From: Gammaproteobacteria bacterium
Lineage (GTDB): Bacteria; Pseudomonadota; Gammaproteobacteria; SZUA-152
Assembly (NCBI GenBank): GCA_030613605.1
Contig: JAUWLO010000001.1
Span: 1-39,289, forward strand
Length of the DNA stretch: 39,289 nt
Reading direction: 5' to 3'
Made by a program: the position numbers and the translations under genes. A model generated the notes under the pieces. It was not told the origin of the DNA. It searched no databases and saw only the letters and a program-made list of their open reading frames with translations. Shown in pieces: positions 9,791 to 18,648 of this stretch (positions are counted from its first letter, which is position 1; every line of letters begins with the position of its first letter).

Positions 9791-12700
9791 TCACGCAAGA
9801 CTGCGGCCACGTTCATGTTTGCTGCCGCGGCCACGCAAGTGAGCGATATCATGGCCGATGATCAATAGTGATGGAGTGAGTATCAGTGTAATCAAAGTGG
9901 CAAACAACAGACCATAGGCCATGGCCATAGTGAGCGGCATAATCAAACCGTCCTTACCACCCAGGCCATAAGCAGTTGGTAGCAAACCGGCGACCGTGGT
10001 AAAGGTTGTGAGTAGTACCGGCCGTAGGCGATCCTTGGCACCTGACACAACTGTTCGCACCAGGTTTGCTAACTTGTTTCTCGCAAGCTCACGATTGACC
10101 TCGGTCACCATAATAATAGTGTCATTCACCACGACGCCGACTAAACCCAGTGTTCCCATGGTGGAGAAAAATGATAACGGCATACCGTGGGCATAAAAGG
10201 ACCAGATAACTCCGATTATGGCAAAAGGTATTACCGACATCACGATAAAGGATTGACCCAGAGAGTTGAGCAACAGTGCCACCACCAGGTAAATGGAAAC
10301 CAGCGCGATGATGCCTGCCGTCAGGAAGCCACCAAAGATTTTTTTCTGTTCTCTGGATTCACCGGCAAAAGCGACTTCCAGTTTCGGTTGTTCAGCCCAG
10401 CTTTGTTTGAAATGTTCAGAAACCAGTTTTTTAATCATCGCAGAACTTGTCAGTTTTGGATTTAAATCAGCACTAATGGTTTCAGTACGCACACCATTGA
10501 CATGTTTGAATTCCAGAGGCCCCCGGCCATGGGTCAGCGATAAGACATCACTCAGATTCATCACCTGTCCGCGGTTATTCTTTACCGGGATTTTGAAAAG
10601 CATGTCTTTGTTATTACGATATTTTGGATCAACAATCACACGGTATTCAATAGTTTCCTCAATACTGGTAGTGGAACTCACTAACATGCCATCGTAAGTG
10701 ACCCGCAAAGCTTCTGCGACATCCTTAACCTTCAAACCAACCTCGGCAAGTTTGACGTAATCGATATTGACAATAAGTTGATCTTTGCCGGGTTTGTTGT
10801 CGCTTTCGACATCAACCACGCCATCCAGTGTCATTAGGTAACGTTTTACTTCACTTGCTGTATTTTCACGCAAGGTATCATCGTTTGAACTGATACGGAT
10901 TTCTGCGGGTTTTCCAATGGGGGGGCCTACACGCCGTTTTTCAAATATCAGAATCTCGTTTTGTGCGGCTGGAATAGTTTCCCGAAGTGCCATAATAATG
11001 TCGTCTGCCGTTCGGTCACGGTGCGCCTCACCGGTCAGGAAGACACTGATAATTCCCCAATGACTGTGGTCTCCCCTGTTTTTGGATGGTTCAGTCGACA
11101 ATGTGCCTACACGAGTGGCAAATGACTCCAGTTCAGTATCTGGCAAACGTTTGATATGTTCCTCAAGCTCGATCAGGCGCCTCTCTGTAGCCGCCAGTGA
11201 CGCACCACGCTGCATCTCCAGTTTTAAGTAAAATGCTTCTACACCCTCTTGCGGAAATATTTGAAATTTCATGGTGCTTTTGACCAGGAAAATGCTGGAC
11301 ATCAGTATCAACACCATAAAAATTAAAACGGCGTATCGCCAGTGAAGAAGGTGTTCAAGTAACCAGCCGTATTGGGCTTCCAGCCTGAGTATCCAGTTAG
11401 CCTTACCCTTATTTTTCACCAGGCGGCCTGAGGCCAGGTGGTGTGGAAGCAAGAAGAAACATTCAAACAGGCTGACCAGCAAAGCAACAATCACCACGGC
11501 TGGAATCGCCCAGGCAAACTTGCCTGGCATACCGCCAATGTAAAACATGGGGCTAAAGGCAAGAATGGTAGTGATACTGGCGACAGTAACAGGCCGCCAC
11601 ATAGCTAAAGTCCCTTTCAGTGCAGCTTCTTTGGCAGACAGACCTTTTTCCCGATAGTGAGTAATCTTTTCGGCCACCACGATGGCATCATCCACGAGTA
11701 AACCCAGTACCAGCACGAAGCCTGCGAGTGAAATCGCATTAATACTGACTCCAAAGTAAGGTAATAAAATAAAACTACCAAAAAGTGCAAAGGGAACGCT
11801 CATGGCAGTCCAGAAAGCGGCCTGCCGATTCAGTGCCAGCATGAGAATAATGGTTACCAGAGCAAAGCCAAGTAAGGCATTTCCACCCAGTACCTGTAAA
11901 CGTAACCGGGTTCGGGCAGACTGGTCATTGGAATAGGTATAACCCACACCTTCCACAAATTTTTGTTCGGCCATAAAGGCTTTGACACCATCCAATGTAT
12001 TGATAATGTCCGCATTTTTCTTTTTACGAATGACCAGATTCATGCCCGGTTTGCCTTCATTGCGAACAATAAAGTTCTCGTCTTTTTCACGCAGGGTTAC
12101 GGTGGCTATATCTTTGATGCGGACGACCTGCCCCGAGATATTGGCGCGTAGAATCACTTCTTCCACTTCCTTTGGATTGTTGAATTTATTTAAACTAATA
12201 ACAGTTTGTTCATTCAAATAGGATTCCAGTGTTCCGCCGGTGGTGCGCAGATTACGAGACTGAATGGCGATCAGTACTTCAGATAAACTGATGCGCAGGT
12301 GTTTTGCTTTGGTGGGATCTATCTCAATATGGATTTCGCGGTCAAAGTAACCAATCTTGTCGACACCAGAAACACCGGGCAGTGATTCAATGCCACGCTC
12401 CAGTATGGGCAAAATATTGCGTAATTTCTCATGCCCACCAAACAGGTTGACCGATATGATGGGAGTGTCACTTGTTGACAGCACATCAACAATGGGAAGT
12501 TCATCCAGATCCAGTGGTAAATCCTGCGTCTGGTCGACAGCCTGTTTGATGTCATTGACTATCAAATTAAGTGCTTCGGCGCCGGCATCTTCATCTACCT
12601 GAATAATGATGGCGGAGAAATTTTCACGCGAGGTCGAGAGAACTTCATACAGGCCATCGACTTCCCGTATTTGTTCTTCAAGTTGTGCGGTAACGTTGAG

Positions 12701-12883
12701 TTCAACATCTTCGGCAGATGCGCCAGGATAACTTGTGTTGACAGTGACTTTATTCAAATCAACTGCCGGGAACCCTTCTTTCTGGATGGTCATCATACGA
12801 TTGAGGCCAAACAGCAGCACCACCAGAAACAGCATCTTGACCAACATGGAGCGTTGCAGGAAAAATTCGACAAGTCTGTTCAT
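9791..12883 (-). CDS. RND efflux transporter permease (AcrB/HAE-like)
   Basis: 1030 aa with the typical N-terminus (FFLQRSMLV...), two large periplasmic loops, 12 predicted hydrophobic segments and the TM4 motif GLLVDDAIVVAE. Confidence 0.9.
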   Translation of the reverse strand: MNRLVEFFLQRSMLVKMLFLVVLLFGLNRMMTIQKEGFPAVDLNKVTVNTSYPGASAEDVELNVTAQLEEQIREVDGLYEVLSTSRENFSAIIIQVDEDAGAEALNLIVNDIKQAVDQTQDLPLDLDELPIVDVLSTSDTPIISVNLFGGHEKLRNILPILERGIESLPGVSGVDKIGYFDREIHIEIDPTKAKHLRISLSEVLIAIQSRNLRTTGGTLESYLNEQTVISLNKFNNPKEVEEVILRANISGQVVRIKDIATVTLREKDENFIVRNEGKPGMNLVIRKKKNADIINTLDGVKAFMAEQKFVEGVGYTYSNDQSARTRLRLQVLGGNALLGFALVTIILMLALNRQAAFWTAMSVPFALFGSFILLPYFGVSINAISLAGFVLVLGLLVDDAIVVAEKITHYREKGLSAKEAALKGTLAMWRPVTVASITTILAFSPMFYIGGMPGKFAWAIPAVVIVALLVSLFECFFLLPHHLASGRLVKNKGKANWILRLEAQYGWLLEHLLHWRYAVLIFMVLILMSSIFLVKSTMKFQIFPQEGVEAFYLKLEMQRGASLAATERRLIELEEHIKRLPDTELESFATRVGTLSTEPSKNRGDHSHWGIISVFLTGEAHRDRTADDIIMALRETIPAAQNEILIFEKRRVGPPIGKPAEIRISSNDDTLRENTASEVKRYLMTLDGVVDVESDNKPGKDQLIVNIDYVKLAEVGLKVKDVAEALRVTYDGMLVSSTTSIEETIEYRVIVDPKYRNNKDMLFKIPVKNNRGQVMNLSDVLSLTHGRGPLEFKHVNGVRTETISADLNPKLTSSAMIKKLVSEHFKQSWAEQPKLEVAFAGESREQKKIFGGFLTAGIIALVSIYLVVALLLNSLGQSFIVMSVIPFAIIGVIWSFYAHGMPLSFFSTMGTLGLVGVVVNDTIIMVTEVNRELARNKLANLVRTVVSGAKDRLRPVLLTTFTTVAGLLPTAYGLGGKDGLIMPLTMAMAYGLLFATLITLILTPSLLIIGHDIAHLRGRGSKHERGRSLA

Positions 12884-14364
12884 GTTTTATTTTCCGGTGC
12901 CACATTTGTTTTTTCTGTGAAAACAGTTAAATTTTGATCCAGTAATTCGCCGATACTTAATCGAAGTGCTAGTAGACGAGTCAGTAATTGTTCTTTTTGT
13001 AAACGGCTTTCCAGATGAGCGGTTTGATCCTTTAGCAACTCAAATAAATCCAGTTTGCCAATCTTGTATAGCCGTTGTTCTTTGGTGAGTTTTTTAGTCG
13101 CCAGCGCGATTTTTCGGTCGATCGATTTCAGGGCAGTAACCAGTTGAGCTTCCTGCTCCTGTAAATTGGCAAGGCTGGATTCAGCATCAATCATGCGTTG
13201 TTGAGTGTCTGCTTCAAGCTGATGCTTGCTGGCCAGTTGTGTCTGATAATCTCCACTGGCCCGTTTGTTACCTAATGGATAACGGTATTCCAGCATAACG
13301 GAGTAATCATCCTGTTTAAGATTACTGGTGTGCGCATCGTTAAAATCGCTATCAACACCATGACGGGTATAGCCCAGGCTTAAATTGAGATCAGACTGTT
13401 TGGCGTCATATTTTGCATCCAGCAGGAGCTGTTGCTGATCCTGTAATGTATCGAGAATATTTTTAAGACGTGATGTGCTAGCCAGATACCCAGCGGAACT
13501 CGATGTTGACTGACTGGATGTAAATAGCAATGAGGATTGCGGATCAAGTGGGGTCAGTTCGTCTGCCGCATTGTACTGTTTTGAGTTCATCTGGCGCTGT
13601 ATCTGGCGAGACAGGCCAAGGTAACGGCCCTGTGATTGTAGCCAGCGTGAATAGTAATCTTCACGGGTTTCCTGGGCGCGCAATAACTCGTAAGGCTCTA
13701 TAACCTGACGTTTGACCTTAATGCGGGTCAGTTTTTCCTGTTCAATTGACTGTTGATGTACCTCTTTGGAAATGGCGGTTTCACGTGCTGCCAGATACCA
13801 GTCCAGATAAAGACGGGCAAGTTGCGTAATATAGCTTTCGAGGTTTTCCTGGCTACTCAACTCCGCCAGCTTAAGATTCAATCGTTTAAGATTGATATCC
13901 AGACTGTCCTGAATACCCCCTGCATTCTTGAGTAAAGGCTGGGTTAAACGCACGGTGAAGCTGGGCTGGTAATACTGTTCGCCCAGAGTGCCCAGTGGCG
14001 GGTTTCGATCTGTGTATTGGTTACCATACGATAAATTTAAACGAGTACCGGATGTCGAAAACTGGCGATCGTATGCCAGGTTCAGACGCACATCATCGCT
14101 ATCTGACGGCTCAAAACCCAATACCTGATTCGGTTCAGAGTGAGCCAGACTCAGGCTTGAGCTCAAAACACCATCATCAACCCCCTGGCTGGATTCGAGG
14201 GCACCGGCGGCAATGGTTTTGTCCGCCAGGATTTTCTGCACACCAGGATTATTCTTTAAAATCGAGCGTACAAAAGTATCCAGTTCCAGCTCCTGCGCTG
14301 CTGTTTGGTGACTGAATACCAATAGAGCCAAACCGAATCCGGCATACGGTATATTAATACGCAT
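12880..14364 (-). CDS. TolC-family outer-membrane efflux protein
   Basis: 494 aa. It has a signal peptide (no lipobox) and long coiled-coil-rich repeats typical of OEP/TolC proteins. Its TGA stop overlaps the RND ATG (ATGA at 12880-12883). Confidence 0.8.
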   Translation of the reverse strand: MRINIPYAGFGLALLVFSHQTAAQELELDTFVRSILKNNPGVQKILADKTIAAGALESSQGVDDGVLSSSLSLAHSEPNQVLGFEPSDSDDVRLNLAYDRQFSTSGTRLNLSYGNQYTDRNPPLGTLGEQYYQPSFTVRLTQPLLKNAGGIQDSLDINLKRLNLKLAELSSQENLESYITQLARLYLDWYLAARETAISKEVHQQSIEQEKLTRIKVKRQVIEPYELLRAQETREDYYSRWLQSQGRYLGLSRQIQRQMNSKQYNAADELTPLDPQSSLLFTSSQSTSSSAGYLASTSRLKNILDTLQDQQQLLLDAKYDAKQSDLNLSLGYTRHGVDSDFNDAHTSNLKQDDYSVMLEYRYPLGNKRASGDYQTQLASKHQLEADTQQRMIDAESSLANLQEQEAQLVTALKSIDRKIALATKKLTKEQRLYKIGKLDLFELLKDQTAHLESRLQKEQLLTRLLALRLSIGELLDQNLTVFTEKTNVAPENKT

Positions 14365-14380
14365 AATCTGCTTACCCTAA

Positions 14381-14431
14381 AGCCATAGTATTCATGAAGC
14401 CATAGTGTTCATGAAACCACAGTATTCATGC
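14381..14431. repeat. Three tandem 17-bp repeats upstream of the TolC-like gene
   Basis: AGCCATAGTATTCATGA (14381-14397), AGCCATAGTGTTCATGA (14398-14414), AACCACAGTATTCATGC (14415-14431). They lie 17-67 nt upstream of the ATG at 14364. Confidence 0.9.
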
Positions 14432-14596
14432 TCAGCCCCCTAGCCTGTTCAGTCCTTCCTGACTGACACCATATCATGCTCAAACAATCTTTGATTCTCT
14501 GCTATATACCGATATTCTGGATATCTCTATGCTCAAATAACAGTCAATTCCCTACAGAAATGAGGCCTATATTATCGGGAAAATACTTAACATATA

Positions 14597-16288
14597 TTAA
14601 AGTGTACCGTTGATCACGCTAATTGTTTCTGAACGTATTGTGGCCTCGTCATACAGTGCTTCAAACTTTGCAACTTCTGGGTTGGTGTTGTCCAGAAACA
14701 GGTCCGTAATAAAGCCATAAGCCAGTGACTGGTACTTTAACTCTGCGGTATAACTGATAGTGTTAATACTCGCCGAGCCGATATTTATTCTGTATGTGAC
14801 AAGGTCGCTCCCGAAATTAAAATTGTTATCAATCATCGCTTCCCCCGAAACCAGGACATCATCAACCACTACATTCTTGTCGAAGCCTGCTGGCGGTATA
14901 CGATTGTCTTTTAAATATGAGGCAGCGCGCAGCAATGTATAGGTAACGTTATTGTCTGTGTCACTCATAATCGCTTCATATATCTGCACCTGATCTTGTT
15001 GTGTTATTTCGTCATAATGAGATTCATAGCGACTCAAATCTGTATCGGCATCTGCAGCAACAATACTTCCATCCGAATTGGTTTTACCAGACTCAAAAAC
15101 AATAGCACCCGTATTGTCACGCACTACAAAATGAATATAGACGCGTCGTGAGGGATAGCCGGTTGGTAGCTTGTGGCCGGAATGGTTGTTGATGCGTAGT
15201 TGTACAGTCAGTTCATCGCCAACCAGATTTTGACTAACTATCTCAATGTCAGCTGCTGAAACCAGCATCGCGCGAGTTCGCGTTATCGCTGTATCGAAAC
15301 CATCAGCAGTTACTCCCAATTCGACTTTATTACGTGAAAGAATATCCAGCATAGTGGTGTTGGCTCCTACCAGGGTGTGACGAGAAAAATCATTTCGGGC
15401 GGCAAGAAAGTTGGGGCGTGTTGAGATCTTAACGCCATCGGTTTTTGGCATATGGCAGTCCTGACAACTCTGGGCTGTTGCGCCAGATGCAAATGAGCTG
15501 TTTTCCCATTCTGTGTAAACCATTTGTTCGGGAAATTCTGACTCGGGCGTGGTGCTCGCAACTGCCCCAGAGCTGTCCACAAAAGGTGTTTTCAGGTTAT
15601 GGCAGGTTGCACACATCTCTGAGCTGGATATGTGTGCTGCATAAGTTGGCCAAATCCCGGTATTGTTGAACATTGGATTGCTTACAGGATCGGCGTATTG
15701 GCCAAAGGCGGTACGTTCTGTATTAGTACCCAGATCTACAATGCTGAACTTTCCGGAAAAGCCATTGAGTGTTCCCAGGTTTCCGTCATCCTCAATCTGA
15801 TGGCAGGCGGTACAACTAACACCGTCCATTGCAAGATTGTAGTAGACGTTTTGTGGATTAAGAAAACCATCACCAAATAATTCAACTGTTGAACCTTCAA
15901 ATTTTGCTTCAACACTTGCCATTGGCGCATGGCAACGGGAACATTTGTCAGCTAGTAAGGCTTTAAGCTGCGGATTACGTTGCATTTCACTGGCAACCTT
16001 TGCACGCCAGAAGGGATCACGCGTTGAATTTGCCATCATCGAAGTTGACCAGTCTGATTCGATGGATACATCATTGGCTGCACCGTCAGTTAAGCCGTTG
16101 TGGCAGGTAGTACAAGTACCAGAGCCAGCGAAATGGGTAGATAAGAAATTCGGATCGTTTGTGAATGTGGAGGTAGATGTAGATGGCGCACTACTACCTC
16201 CGTAACAAGCGGCTAATAATAAAATCAACAAAGTTAGCACAACATATTTTGCGCGCTGATTTATTTCTCTACCCATGATTCTTTCCAT
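14597..16288 (-). CDS. Pentaheme c-type cytochrome lipoprotein with a large non-heme C-terminal domain
   Basis: 563 aa with the lipobox LLLAAC. There are five CXXCH motifs (CTTCH, CSRCH, CTACH, CATCH, CQDCH), all in the first roughly 280 residues. The following roughly 280 aa have no heme motif but contain NNHSGHKLPTGYPSRR. Confidence 0.75.
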   Translation of the reverse strand: MERIMGREINQRAKYVVLTLLILLLAACYGGSSAPSTSTSTFTNDPNFLSTHFAGSGTCTTCHNGLTDGAANDVSIESDWSTSMMANSTRDPFWRAKVASEMQRNPQLKALLADKCSRCHAPMASVEAKFEGSTVELFGDGFLNPQNVYYNLAMDGVSCTACHQIEDDGNLGTLNGFSGKFSIVDLGTNTERTAFGQYADPVSNPMFNNTGIWPTYAAHISSSEMCATCHNLKTPFVDSSGAVASTTPESEFPEQMVYTEWENSSFASGATAQSCQDCHMPKTDGVKISTRPNFLAARNDFSRHTLVGANTTMLDILSRNKVELGVTADGFDTAITRTRAMLVSAADIEIVSQNLVGDELTVQLRINNHSGHKLPTGYPSRRVYIHFVVRDNTGAIVFESGKTNSDGSIVAADADTDLSRYESHYDEITQQDQVQIYEAIMSDTDNNVTYTLLRAASYLKDNRIPPAGFDKNVVVDDVLVSGEAMIDNNFNFGSDLVTYRINIGSASINTISYTAELKYQSLAYGFITDLFLDNTNPEVAKFEALYDEATIRSETISVINGTL

Positions 16289-16402
16289 CGGTACTACGTA
16301 CTTGAATTGATTGGTTAGTATATTGGGGCAGTCAGCTTGTGAATCAATAGGGTAGATTCATTTTACAGCGGCTTGTAACGTGACTACATATCCAAAATAT
16401 CT

Positions 16403-16624
16403 TTAAGACGATGGCTTTGTTTCATAGTGACCTTCATTTGCTTTAACGCTGCAAGAAGACATGCCAAACAGGCGATAAGCAGGACACCATCCAATAGCAC
16501 CGGTGACCAGTGGTACAAGGCCAATGGCCGCCCAATAGTTCTGATAAAATATACCTGCGGCAATGATTGCTATGCCAGCTAAGATACGAATACTACGATC
16601 TATACCACCAACATTATTTTTCAT
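16403..16624 (-). CDS. DUF2892 (YgaP C-terminal-like) small membrane protein
   Basis: 73 aa. GGIDRSIRILAGIAII plus a second TM segment with GWCPAY fits the DUF2892 pattern. Confidence 0.7.
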   Translation of the reverse strand: MKNNVGGIDRSIRILAGIAIIAAGIFYQNYWAAIGLVPLVTGAIGWCPAYRLFGMSSCSVKANEGHYETKPSS

Positions 16625-16663
16625 AAATTTCTCCTTTTACATTCAGGTTAATAGACTAATAAA

Positions 16664-17134
16664 TCACTGATTACTTTTTTCGATTTCAAACTTATAGATT
16701 GCATGACAGGCCACACAATTTTGCAAAAGCGTACCTAACTGCTCCAGAGTTTGGGTGCCATCTCCCAGTTGTTCTGCATCTAGCGCTAACTGGGTGAATT
16801 GTGAGTGAGTATCAAACCCCATTTTTTTAAATTCCAGTGGTAGCTTTCCGATCAGAGTGCCTGGCATGCCTTGTTGTGCTGCACGTCCAACTATGCGTGC
16901 AGCTTTCGCTGCAGCATTAAAATCATTATTCGCTACTCCCTGGGTAATCTGCTGCACACTATCAAGAAACGTACGCATCTCATGTAACACCAGATCTCTT
17001 TCCTCTGGTGTCAGCTGTATAGCAACTCGTCCGTCAGCACTTTTCTCTGCGTTGCCAGACAAAATAAATTTGTAAGCCATGATCCCGGTGCTCAGGCCAA
17101 GAACCGTCACTAGTATCCAGCTAAATTTTTGCAT
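16664..17134 (-). CDS. Class II c-type cytochrome (cytochrome c'/c556-like)
   Basis: 156 aa with a signal peptide and a helical body. A single CXXCH (CVACH) lies about 15 residues from the C-terminus, the hallmark arrangement of four-helix-bundle class II cytochromes. Confidence 0.6.
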   Translation of the reverse strand: MQKFSWILVTVLGLSTGIMAYKFILSGNAEKSADGRVAIQLTPEERDLVLHEMRTFLDSVQQITQGVANNDFNAAAKAARIVGRAAQQGMPGTLIGKLPLEFKKMGFDTHSQFTQLALDAEQLGDGTQTLEQLGTLLQNCVACHAIYKFEIEKSNQ

Positions 17135-17169
17135 CTTCGTACTCCTTCAGTTTCTGCCGAGGGTTTTAT

Positions 17170-17454
17170 TTAAGCCGCCTGTCGATAAAATTCGATATGG
17201 AACTTAACTGGGCCATTGATCTCAACCTGGTGAGCAGCTTGGGGGGCAACAACACCGTGCTGGCTTATGTTCAGCACATGTTCCTCAACCTCTGGCTCTA
17301 GAATCCGGTAAGTTAAGCTGCCTTCGGTGACCTTAATTTTGCCCCAGATACCCTTTGCCGTTGTGTGCCGACCCAGCATACCCATGGGGACATTGTCCTG
17401 ATCAAAATCATGGGTGCGTTGATGGTAAGTCAGATTGAACGGTAGTGATTTCAT
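17170..17454 (-). CDS. DUF1971 (YeaR / TehB-associated) domain protein
   Basis: The motif HTTAKGIWGKIKVTEGSLTYRI fits DUF1971. The track start is TTG 17487. ATG 17454 is preceded by GAGGGA at good spacing, so I prefer it (94 aa). Confidence 0.6.
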   Translation of the reverse strand: MKSLPFNLTYHQRTHDFDQDNVPMGMLGRHTTAKGIWGKIKVTEGSLTYRILEPEVEEHVLNISQHGVVAPQAAHQVEINGPVKFHIEFYRQAA

Positions 17455-17497
17455 GCTTTTTCCCTCATTAATGTCTTTCGTTATCAATAGTATTATC

Positions 17498-17556
17498 TAT
17501 GCATTGGCAATAGTGAATGCACTATCAACGAACATGACCTTTGCAAAATATGCATT
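17498..17556. promoter_or_regulatory. Nested inverted and direct repeats in the DUF1971/LysR divergent promoter (candidate LysR operator)
   Basis: TGCATT-N10-AATGCA lies at 17500-17521 and overlaps ATAGTG-AATG-CACTAT at 17510-17525. TATGCATT is repeated at 17498-17505 and 17549-17556. CAATAGT is repeated at 17485 and 17508. Confidence 0.35.
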
Positions 17557-17590
17557 AATAAACTAAGGTTTGACCTGGTAAGGAGCCAAA

Positions 17591-18490
17591 ATGAACCTTT
17601 TTAGCAATCTTGAGCTATTCGTCAAAACCATCGAAGTGGGTAATTTTTCAGCACTGGGGCGACAATTACACATGGCGCCCTCCTCAATCTCTCGTCAAAT
17701 CAATACGTTGGAAGAGGAGCTAGGTGTGCGGTTACTACAACGCACAACCCGCAGTATCAGCCTGACCGAAGCTGGGCAAATTTACTTTGAGCGGGTCAGC
17801 AAAATTCTTGGTGACCTGGAAGAGGCTCAATCAGCCATTACTCAACTGCAGGTAAGCCCTAAGGGCATATTGCGCCTTAACGTGGCGATCCCATTTGGTG
17901 AGCGAAATATCGTGCCTTTAATGCCTAAATTCCTGGCGATGTATCCTGATCTGAAGATTGATCTAGCGCTGGAAGATCGTTCGATTGATCTGGTGGAAGA
18001 GCGTGTGGACATGGCCATTCGCATTGGTCGACTGGGCGATTCATCCATAGTGGCCCGCAAGCTGGCCGACAATCAGTTTGTAGTTTGCGCAAGCCAGCAA
18101 TACATTGAAACGCATGGTTCACCCGACACTCCTGATGATTTAAAGCGCCACAATTGTATTATTAATAAAAACATCCACAACAGTGATACCTGGCAGTTTC
18201 GTAATGGCAAATCAACACAGAATATTTCCGTCTCAGGAAATTTTCTAGCGAATACAGGAGGCGCCCTGTACCGAGCCATGTTGTCAGATTTAGGAGTTGC
18301 GGTATTGCCGACCTGGTTTGTGGGCGAAGATATTAAACAGGGAAAATTGAAGGTGATACTAAAAGGCTATGAAGTCAATCTGCCGGCCATGACCGATAGT
18401 GCCATTTATGCCTTGTACCCTGCAGGAGAGTACCTGCCACCAAAAGTCAGGGTGTTTATTGATTATTTGATTGAGAATCTAAAAGTATAG
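17591..18490 (+). CDS. LysR-family transcriptional regulator
   Basis: 299 aa. N-terminal wHTH (FVKTIEVGNFSALGRQLHMAPSSISRQINTLEEELGVRLLQRTTR) and a LysR substrate-binding-like C-terminus. An AGGAG site precedes the ATG. Confidence 0.9.
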   Translation: MNLFSNLELFVKTIEVGNFSALGRQLHMAPSSISRQINTLEEELGVRLLQRTTRSISLTEAGQIYFERVSKILGDLEEAQSAITQLQVSPKGILRLNVAIPFGERNIVPLMPKFLAMYPDLKIDLALEDRSIDLVEERVDMAIRIGRLGDSSIVARKLADNQFVVCASQQYIETHGSPDTPDDLKRHNCIINKNIHNSDTWQFRNGKSTQNISVSGNFLANTGGALYRAMLSDLGVAVLPTWFVGEDIKQGKLKVILKGYEVNLPAMTDSAIYALYPAGEYLPPKVRVFIDYLIENLKV

Positions 18491-18534
18491 GAAATTAATA
18501 AACGTAGTTATGATGATTAATAATATTTTATTAT

Positions 18535-18630
18535 CACAGGCATGAAAAAACCCACCCGGAGTTAATATAAACAGGTTTTTCCATATGCCTTAGCAGCATT
18601 TTGTAAAGCACCCTGCAAGCTGAAACCAAA
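18535..18630 (+). repeat. Dispersed intergenic repeat, copy A (short form)
   Basis: CACAGGCATGAAAAAACCCACCCGGAG...CAGGTTTTTCC...TTAGCAGCATTTTGTAAAGCACCCTGCAAGCTGAAA aligns by eye with 32815-32905 and 35355-35447. It lies between the convergent LysR and Tat-orphan genes. Confidence 0.8.
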
Positions 18631-18648
18631 TTGACGTAGACAGCATGT

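Noticed and set aside
14381-14431. CRISPR-like interpretation of the tandem repeats (also 1872-1918 and 2881-2904)
   Set aside because: The units are contiguous with no spacers, only 12-17 bp long and present in 2-4 copies, and no cas genes are in the window. They are simple tandem repeats.
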